A DNA stretch of 64,000 nt from Fibrobacteria bacterium (GTDB taxonomy: Bacteria; Fibrobacterota; Fibrobacteria; UBA11236; JADFYW01): positions 59,332-123,331 of the forward strand of contig JBNKOC010000008.1 in NCBI GenBank assembly GCA_050294405.1. Reading direction: 5' to 3'. The notes beneath the pieces are model-generated. The model was not told the DNA's origin and did not search any database. It saw nothing but the letters and a program-made list of their open reading frames with translations. Shown piece after piece: positions 57,516-64,000 of this stretch (the first letter of the stretch is position 1; each line of letters starts with the position of its first letter). The translations under genes were made by a program, and so were the position numbers.

Positions 57516-59242
57516 AAAAAAAGCCATCACATTTAGCCTACGAATTTTTTTATACGCTAAACCCTCTTTTGTTGCTGGCGGCTTTTATACTGCTTTCCCT
57601 ATACATGAACGAAACGGTCATCAAATTCCGACTACAGGAATTTGATTCAGGCTTAAAGGAACTTTCGGAAAAAGAAGCGCTTAGCCATTCGGTAAACATT
57701 TTAGCCCGATTTGAGATGATCAAAGAGCGTCTAAATAACCCCAATGCCGATGAGACCGAATTAAAAAGAGAAGTAAAGTTTCACGCCATCACTTCCAATG
57801 ATTTGGTATCCGGGTCCAGTTTTTCTTTTTCTCCTTCGGAAAAGTTGGTTATCCATTTGATCAATGGTTTGCGTATTATGATGGGGAAAAAAATTAGCCA
57901 GTTTGGAATGTCTGGCAATTCAGAAAAATCGTTGGAGGTGGCCTATTTTTATGAACGCAATCGAAATTATAAAAAGGCCATTGCTGAATACGAAACATTA
58001 TTATCAGAGTCCTGGCCCTCTCAAATTCTTTCCACCATCTACTTACATCTGGGCTTTTGCAAGGCCATGACAGGGGATTACAAAGGCTCCAGGGACGATA
58101 TACAATACATTACCTCCCGGGATGAATTTACCGGAAGCGATAACTGGAAAGTGGCTTGGAAAATGGAAAAAGAATTGAGTAGCCTGGAATCCCGCGCGGC
58201 AAAACTTAAAGAGGAGCCCTTGGACCTTTTGGAAAGAGGTAAAGAACTATTCCGTATGGGCAATCACATCCAGGCGGCCAAAGTTTTAAAGGAATTTATA
58301 GAGGAATCCCCCAAAAAGAAGGTATCGGAAAGCCAATATTTTTTGGGTAGAGTTAATGAAGATGAGGGCCGTTTTGAAGACGCCGTGTTAAATTACACCA
58401 AAGTTTTAAAAAATGAGCCCACCTCAGACTGGGCGCAAAAAGCCAACCGGCGCTTATATGTATTGGGAAAGTTCTATTCGAAAAACGAACAGCTTGCCGA
58501 TGTTGCTAAACGAAACAGCCAGGTCCTAGGAGATACATCTATTATCCGGGAGCTCGAAGTATTTGAAAAAATTGAAGAAGCAAAACCGGAAGATAATCCA
58601 CTGCCGCCCGCTCCCGATACCACCGCAAAAAAACAGGAAGAATCACAAACAGCTGACTCTTTGGAAGCTATTTCCAAAGAAACCATAGCTACTAAAGATA
58701 GCGCCACTCAAAAATTGGAAAAAAGTCCGGAAGAAACCAAAGCTGAAATAGCGGAAAAAGAAAAGGTGCAGAAGATACTGGAAATACTGGAAGATATACG
58801 TTTGCCCGAAAAACCTCTGGAGGAGGCAGAGCAGGAAATGGTTGCTGTGCAGGAAAAAGGGGAAATGACCGAGGAAGAACGCAGAAAGTTGGAGAAAAAA
58901 GACCGAGAAATTATTTCGGACCCCATCCGCACCAAGGAAATTTTTTCCGTTATCAAAGCTCGCAGTACAGAGCTTCAGTACGTGTATGAAAAATGGAAGA
59001 AAAAGGGTTTGGTGGGGCAGGGGCAATTGGAACTGGTCCTGGTTATCTCCCCTCAGGGAGAAGTGAGGGAAGTTCGCATTGAAAATGTTGACAGGGGCAT
59101 AAATTCTGATATCTTTGAGAAAGAATTGGTGGAAAGAATTCAAAAATGGAAATTCAGACAAAAAAAGGGGACGACCCAGGATGTGGCGGTAAATTTCCCC
59201 ATTTCTTTTATAAGCCGGGATGCCCGCTCGGCGGGGCCTTAG
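57512..59242 (+). CDS. TPR-repeat protein with a Glu/Lys-rich linker and a C-terminal TonB_C-like domain
   Basis: N-terminal TM. TPR units. C-terminal ...GQGQLELVLVISPQGEVREVRIENVDRGINSDIFEKELVERIQKWKFRQ resembles the TonB C-terminal fold. Confidence 0.55.
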   Translation: MKKKPSHLAYEFFYTLNPLLLLAAFILLSLYMNETVIKFRLQEFDSGLKELSEKEALSHSVNILARFEMIKERLNNPNADETELKREVKFHAITSNDLVSGSSFSFSPSEKLVIHLINGLRIMMGKKISQFGMSGNSEKSLEVAYFYERNRNYKKAIAEYETLLSESWPSQILSTIYLHLGFCKAMTGDYKGSRDDIQYITSRDEFTGSDNWKVAWKMEKELSSLESRAAKLKEEPLDLLERGKELFRMGNHIQAAKVLKEFIEESPKKKVSESQYFLGRVNEDEGRFEDAVLNYTKVLKNEPTSDWAQKANRRLYVLGKFYSKNEQLADVAKRNSQVLGDTSIIRELEVFEKIEEAKPEDNPLPPAPDTTAKKQEESQTADSLEAISKETIATKDSATQKLEKSPEETKAEIAEKEKVQKILEILEDIRLPEKPLEEAEQEMVAVQEKGEMTEEERRKLEKKDREIISDPIRTKEIFSVIKARSTELQYVYEKWKKKGLVGQGQLELVLVISPQGEVREVRIENVDRGINSDIFEKELVERIQKWKFRQKKGTTQDVAVNFPISFISRDARSAGP

Positions 59243-59404
59243 TGGGAGTGGCTTGAAAAAGTTCCTTAAAATTCTCCAGCTTTTTCAAATGGCTTTGATA
59301 CTGATTGTGGGCTATTTATTGTGGAAGGGAATTAACAATTATTTTTAATTGAAATCCCCTAATAAAATAAAGCAAACTGGAATCAGGAAAAATTCGAAAA
59401 TAGG

Positions 59405-59432
59405 TTGACAATCTATATTCGCCAAATATATT
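59405..59432 (+). promoter_or_regulatory. sigma-70-type promoter TTGACA-N16-TATATT
   Basis: Perfect -35, 5/6 -10, about 40 nt upstream of the GTG start of the acidic ORF; RBS AGGAG at 59461-65. Confidence 0.55.
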
Positions 59433-59471
59433 TCAGCTAATTACACAGGTTATTGTGAGAAGGAGAAATCG

Positions 59472-59699
59472 GTGGAAGAAGATGAATTGAGAAATTTTGG
59501 ACGCCGTCCCAAACAGGATGATTTTGACGACCTGGATCCATCTGATGAGGATTTCAACGGATACCAGGGCGATTCCTTCGATGGGGATGACGATGACGAT
59601 GAACCGGATGAAAGCGAAGAAATCAATCTGGACAACCCTGATTTTAAAAAGGGAGAAATGTGGAACGATTACGCTGACGACTTGGATTTTGAAGAATAA
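59472..59699 (+). CDS. small hyper-acidic protein (75 aa, ~45% Asp/Glu), GTG start
   Basis: Strong RBS and a consensus promoter. The stop lies 3 nt before the mltD-like start. Confidence 0.5.
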   Translation: MEEDELRNFGRRPKQDDFDDLDPSDEDFNGYQGDSFDGDDDDDEPDESEEINLDNPDFKKGEMWNDYADDLDFEE

Positions 59700-59701
59700 A
59701 A

Positions 59702-61717
59702 TTGGTGCTCCTACGTTTTTTAAAATTATTCTTTTTAATTACAGCAATTCCGCTTGTTCAAAATTGTAGCGTTACAAAAACTAACCCTTCGGCTCCTGGC
59801 TTTAGCTCTCCATCGGGGGAACTAAACCAAGACCAAATTTTATTTTCGGAAGTTTTTGAATTTCTAAATCCGGGTTTAGAATACATGAAGGATTCTTTGT
59901 GGTTCGAAGCCCAGGATAATTTCGACTCTGCCTTAGCAAAACTAAATGAATTAGAGTCCCTGGATTCACTGGACAGCAGCTATTACCAGCATATCCATGT
60001 ATATCGCGATTCCATTTATAAACTGCTTATACATGTTACTTCTGTAACCAGCCAGATGGCCATTCAATTGCCTTGGTCCCTTTGGTGGGATACGGAAATG
60101 GAAGATGTTAGTGATAGCGCCATTGTTGCCATGGATAGTTTATCCGCGCATCTGCATCCTGACAACTACGATTTACCTCTTTCTTTGCCCCTTCATCCCA
60201 GGGTGTTGCAAGCCATGGCTGTTTTAAAATCCGAAAAAGGCCGCAAGTATTTCCAAAAATGGATTAACAGACGTTCCCGCTATGAAAATATGATTCTGGC
60301 CAAATTAAAAGAGCATAACATGCCCCAGGATTTAATCTACCTTGCTATGATAGAAAGCGGGTTTTCTCCCCGTGCCTGGTCCAGGGCTGCTGCCAGCGGT
60401 GTTTGGCAATTTATATCGGCAACAGGCAGGCGTTACGGCCTTAGTTCGGACTGGTGGGTGGACGAAAGGCGCGACCCTGAAAAAGCCACCTTGGCTGCTA
60501 TCAAGTACCTTTCCGAGTTGCACGAAGAGTTTGGCGATTGGTATTTGGCTATGGCAGCCTACAACTGCGGGGAAAATCGCATCCGTCGAAAGCTAAAAGA
60601 AAATCCGGGAGCCAGCTACTGGGATATGACTTTGCCCAGGGAAACAGAAAAATATGTTCCAAAAGTTTTAGCTGCCATGATAATCGGTAAAAATCCCGAA
60701 CATTACGGTTTTACCCTATCGCCCGAGCCGCCCATTGAATACGATACGGCCACAGTGTTTCACTGTTTATCTCTGGCCAATATTGCCGAAGCTGCCGAAG
60801 CCGAAGAAGAGGATGTTAAGCTGCTCAACCCAGAATTAAAACGCTGGTGCACGCCTCCTAATGCAAAATCCCACGTTGTAAAAATCCCTGTTGGCAAAAG
60901 AGAAATTTTCCTGGCTAACTACGAAAAAATGGACAAGACCAATTTGGTGAAATGGCATCGCCACAGGGTTTCCCGGGGGGAAAACCTGGGTTACCTGGCC
61001 AATAGATATGGTGTGAGTATTGGGGCTATAAAAAGCACCAATAACTTAAAAGGAAATATGATTCGCATAGGCCAAAAGCTTATTATTCCTGTTCCGGGGG
61101 GCGGCCAACCTTCTAAAAAATCAAGCAACTCTGCTGAAGCCCAAAAACCCGAGCCAGTGGAATTTAAGAAGACAACAACTTCCGCTGTGGCCGGAGAATA
61201 CATTGTCCAAAATGGCGACAATTTATACGACATCAGCCGCAAACTAGGTATTTCAGTCCGAGATTTAATGAGCATCAACAGCCTAAGCAAAAACGCCATA
61301 ATAAGGCCGGGCCAGGTTTTAAAAACTACGGCGGGCTCTACAGCTGCAGACAATACATCTGGCCATAGCTCAAGTCCTAAAGAATCCGCTCTATCCCGCA
61401 GTGCAGAAGAAGAGTACAGCGTATACAGGGTTCGTGCCGGAGATAACCTGGGAGTTATTTCCAATAAATTGGGAGTGGATGTGGCCCAGCTAAAAAGCTG
61501 GAATAAACTAACCAGTAACCGCATAAACATCGGTCAGGAACTACGCTATTTGCAGGTAAACAGCGATGGCACAAGCAAAATGTTTTATACGGTTAAACCT
61601 ATGGACAATTTGTGGGATATATCTGTTCGCTTTCAAACCACAGTAAAAGAATTAAAACGCCTAAACCCCGATCTACCTAAAGTGCTTAAGCCAGGCCTTA
61701 AAATTAGGGTGCAATAA
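59702..61717 (+). CDS. membrane-bound lytic murein transglycosylase D-like (SLT domain plus three LysM)
   Basis: Lipoprotein-type signal. SLT motif LAMIESGFSPRAWSRAAASGVWQF. Three LysM repeats (YIVQNGDNLYDISRKLG..., YRVRAGDNLGVISNKLG..., YTVKPMDNLWDISVRF). Confidence 0.85.
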   Translation: MVLLRFLKLFFLITAIPLVQNCSVTKTNPSAPGFSSPSGELNQDQILFSEVFEFLNPGLEYMKDSLWFEAQDNFDSALAKLNELESLDSLDSSYYQHIHVYRDSIYKLLIHVTSVTSQMAIQLPWSLWWDTEMEDVSDSAIVAMDSLSAHLHPDNYDLPLSLPLHPRVLQAMAVLKSEKGRKYFQKWINRRSRYENMILAKLKEHNMPQDLIYLAMIESGFSPRAWSRAAASGVWQFISATGRRYGLSSDWWVDERRDPEKATLAAIKYLSELHEEFGDWYLAMAAYNCGENRIRRKLKENPGASYWDMTLPRETEKYVPKVLAAMIIGKNPEHYGFTLSPEPPIEYDTATVFHCLSLANIAEAAEAEEEDVKLLNPELKRWCTPPNAKSHVVKIPVGKREIFLANYEKMDKTNLVKWHRHRVSRGENLGYLANRYGVSIGAIKSTNNLKGNMIRIGQKLIIPVPGGGQPSKKSSNSAEAQKPEPVEFKKTTTSAVAGEYIVQNGDNLYDISRKLGISVRDLMSINSLSKNAIIRPGQVLKTTAGSTAADNTSGHSSSPKESALSRSAEEEYSVYRVRAGDNLGVISNKLGVDVAQLKSWNKLTSNRINIGQELRYLQVNSDGTSKMFYTVKPMDNLWDISVRFQTTVKELKRLNPDLPKVLKPGLKIRVQ

Positions 61718-61746
61718 AAAGCCATTACAAAAAAGGGAGCTAATAT

Positions 61747-62664
61747 ATGAAAAAATTTGGTAAAGCTCTGGTTCTGTTATTGGTATTTGCCGTCGGCTGC
61801 TTTTTTCTTATGATGAGCGGTTTCTTTAATATGTTATCCTCCTTAACCGGTGATTTAACCTACATGGAACTCGAAAATAAACCTCATGTATCTGTGCTTA
61901 AGGTGGAAGGTCCCATCATGGGTTCCGAAGCAATATTGACGCAAATCGAGGCCATTCGCAAAAATAAAAACTCCAGGGGTATAATAGTTCGCATCGATTC
62001 TCCCGGGGGAGCGGTGGGCGCATCTCAGGAAATTTTCACCAGCCTTAAAAAAATTAAAGAGGATAGCATTCCCGTTGTGGTGTCTATGGGAAATACCGCA
62101 GCTTCCGGCGGCTATTACATTGCCCTTGCGGCCTCTAAAATATTCGCCAACCCTGGCACCATAACTGGTAGCATTGGCGTGATAGCTCAATTTCCTGTGG
62201 CCTCAGAGCTTATGGATAAAATTGGCGTGGATGTTACTACCGTAAAAAGCGGTGAACTCAAAGATGCCGGCTCTCCCTTCCGCAACCCAAGCTTAACAGA
62301 CAGCCTCTATTTCCAGGGTGTTATCGACGATACATACGAACAATTTTTTGGCGATGTAATGGACTCTCGTCCCATTAGTGCCGACAGTTTAAAACAAGTG
62401 GCCGATGGCCGTATCCTTACAGGGCGGCAGGCTCTGGGTTGGGGTCTGGTGGACAGCCTGGGGGGATGGCAGGAAGCCAAAAGCTACATGGCCAGCCAAG
62501 TCCAGCTTTCTCAGGCAGATTTTTATGAAATCCCCAAAAAACGCAGTCTTTGGGAGCGCCTCAACGAACCTGTGGAGGGCAGCCTCAATAAATTAGGCCA
62601 ATTTCTCAGCCGAAATCTGGGTTTTGGCGTATTTTACATGCCTCATTTGCCACTTAACTCCTAA
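61747..62664 (+). CDS. sppA: signal peptide peptidase SppA (36K type)
   Basis: N-terminal TM. ClpP/crotonase-fold motifs (IVRIDSPGG, NTAASGGYYIALAASKIFANPGTITGSIGV). Confidence 0.85.
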   Translation: MKKFGKALVLLLVFAVGCFFLMMSGFFNMLSSLTGDLTYMELENKPHVSVLKVEGPIMGSEAILTQIEAIRKNKNSRGIIVRIDSPGGAVGASQEIFTSLKKIKEDSIPVVVSMGNTAASGGYYIALAASKIFANPGTITGSIGVIAQFPVASELMDKIGVDVTTVKSGELKDAGSPFRNPSLTDSLYFQGVIDDTYEQFFGDVMDSRPISADSLKQVADGRILTGRQALGWGLVDSLGGWQEAKSYMASQVQLSQADFYEIPKKRSLWERLNEPVEGSLNKLGQFLSRNLGFGVFYMPHLPLNS

Positions 62665-62698
62665 AAGCCTTTCCTTTGGTAATTATTTGGTAATATTA

Positions 62699-62732
62699 GG
62701 CTTTTGCTTTTGAACCAAAAGCCCATATTTTG
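62699..62732 (+). terminator. putative intrinsic terminator after sppA
   Basis: GGCTTTTG-cttttgaac-CAAAAGCC followed by a T-rich run. Confidence 0.45.
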
Positions 62733-62744
62733 TAAATCGTATTC

Positions 62745-64000
62745 ATGAAATATTCTTTTTTTAAAAGGCTAAAATGGCCTGGTTTAAGGGGTATTCCTCT
62801 TGGCCTGGTTGTTTTTATCGCCCAAGGGCTGGGATTAAATAAAGCATATGCCCACCAGCTGCAAGTTTTAGAAGACAGTCCCCGGCAACTTAAGCTGGAA
62901 TTAAAGCTGGACCCGATACATTCTGGCAAACAATTTAAAAGCCTTCAGGAGTTTATGGAGGCCTGCCAAAAATGTGTGCCCAGTTCTAAAGCGGGGGAGC
63001 CTAACAGACCTTATTACCCCATACAAGTGGTGGCGGAAAAAGAGCCTTCCATAAACTATGTAATTGATAAAAGCCAAAGTTTATTTGTTAAAGTAAACCC
63101 TAAGCCTGTACCCATTTCCAAAAGCCCCACTGAAGAAGTTTATGAAAAGGATTTGCAGTTGTATAAAAAAGCTAATGCTTTAACTCCAGTTATTTCTACC
63201 CAAAAGAAAATGCGCTCTTTGCCGGTTTATACCGTTTTATTGCCCTTGGCCAGTTGGGATGAAAGTAAATCCAAGTGGAATTGGGTCACAGATGTAACAT
63301 GGAGCCTTCGTTATAAATCAAACAATCCAACTCCGGTAAATTTGAATATTCCCAAAAACATGGAACAAAGCTTAGCAAACCCCATTGGAGCTAAAAGTCA
63401 GATAAAAAACTTAGGTCTAAATTCTTTACGCAAAATAGGAACCCGGCAAGCCATTAACATAAAGGGCCCCTTGGTAAAAATACAAATAGGGGATAGGGAA
63501 GTGGAAGGCCAATTGGAGGATGGCTATTATAAATTAACCTATCAGGAAATAAGGGCTGCGGATAAATTAAGAGGGACCAAAAACTTTACCTTTGGGAATT
63601 CCATAAACAGCATTTCCATGTATGCGGGTGTGGAAAGACGGCCTTCGGAAATACCGGAGGGCTTGCCTCATGGAGGAAATTTAATAGAAGTGCCAATACG
63701 GGTAGTGGATGTAAATAAAGATGGAACTTTTGATGACGAGGATTATATTGAGTTTTTTGCCCACGGTACATCTGTATGGAATGAACTCAGCTGGGATTCT
63801 CTGGCCACATTTCCCATACATTATGAGTTGGATGTAAACCCCTTTAGCTTTTACAATTATTATTATCTTGATTTTAAATCTGGCGCCGGGAAAAAACTCG
63901 AAACTCTGGAATCCCTTTCTGTGGAAGGGTCCACTAAAACAAGTTCTTACACTTACCTTCACCGCCAAAAAGAGTTCCAATTGGGTACCTGTGCCTATGG
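62745..64000 (+). CDS. secreted protein of unknown function, 3'-truncated at the window end; 5' end disrupted by a 1-nt frame offset in a T7A5 tract (possible pseudogene or sequencing indel)
   Basis: ATG 62745 opens a 32-codon ORF. The +1 frame is open from 62749 to the window end (over 415 codons). It begins with a signal-peptide-like ..KWPGLRGIPLGLVVFIAQGLGLNKAYA|HQ but has no in-frame ATG/GTG/TTG. Confidence 0.5.
   Translation, partial: MKYSFFKRLKWPGLRGIPLGLVVFIAQGLGLNKAYAHQLQVLEDSPRQLKLELKLDPIHSGKQFKSLQEFMEACQKCVPSSKAGEPNRPYYPIQVVAEKEPSINYVIDKSQSLFVKVNPKPVPISKSPTEEVYEKDLQLYKKANALTPVISTQKKMRSLPVYTVLLPLASWDESKSKWNWVTDVTWSLRYKSNNPTPVNLNIPKNMEQSLANPIGAKSQIKNLGLNSLRKIGTRQAINIKGPLVKIQIGDREVEGQLEDGYYKLTYQEIRAADKLRGTKNFTFGNSINSISMYAGVERRPSEIPEGLPHGGNLIEVPIRVVDVNKDGTFDDEDYIEFFAHGTSVWNELSWDSLATFPIHYELDVNPFSFYNYYYLDFKSGAGKKLETLESLSVEGSTKTSSYTYLHRQKEFQLGTCAY

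Overview
Low-GC (~40%) chromosomal segment from an uncultivated-looking bacterium. It is dense with signalling and cell-envelope genes, and I found no rRNA, tRNA, CRISPR array, transposase or integrase. Main blocks, left to right:

- (1) A chemosensory operon on the minus strand with no MCP. It runs receiver, CheA with three CheW-like domains and a C-terminal receiver, CheW, CheB, CheR, CheY, then an HDOD protein. It is followed by a pseudo-receiver, a YcgR-like PilZ protein and an HD-GYP phosphodiesterase, so a Che-like pathway wired to c-di-GMP.
- (2) clpB sits behind a textbook sigma-54 -24/-12 promoter, followed by moaC.
- (3) hemX-like, hemA and hemE on the minus strand, with a hairpin-rich leader. 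The conserved hemE N-terminus has no canonical start codon.
- (4) A REC-PAS-AAA-HTH regulator whose sigma-54 AAA+ module is degenerate (no GAFTGA, Walker B lost), a CheY-like protein and a CoA-binding protein.
- (5) A UvrA paralog divergent from an Rrf2 regulator.
- (6) sucC, sucD and mdh, then a cytochrome c, YrdC, YraN and a Hanks-type kinase.
- (7) A translationally coupled envelope operon: lipoprotein, 702-aa repeat protein, GT2, membrane protein, MMPL exporter, aminotransferase.
- (8) serA.
- (9) An exosortase/PEP-CTERM-style EPS export module: short Wza-like protein, ExeA-like ATPase, Wzc-like BY-kinase with an unusual C-terminal extension, LCP-like protein, TPR protein. It is followed by a regulatory island: histidine kinase, sigma-54 response regulator with GAYTGA, a second kinase, a HAMP protein carrying a degenerate GGDDF domain, and a TPR protein with a TonB C-terminal domain.
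- (10) A small hyper-acidic ORF with a consensus promoter immediately upstream of an MltD-like lytic transglycosylase, then sppA.
- (11) A 3'-truncated secreted-protein gene whose 5' end is broken by an apparent 1-nt indel in a T7A5 homopolymer.
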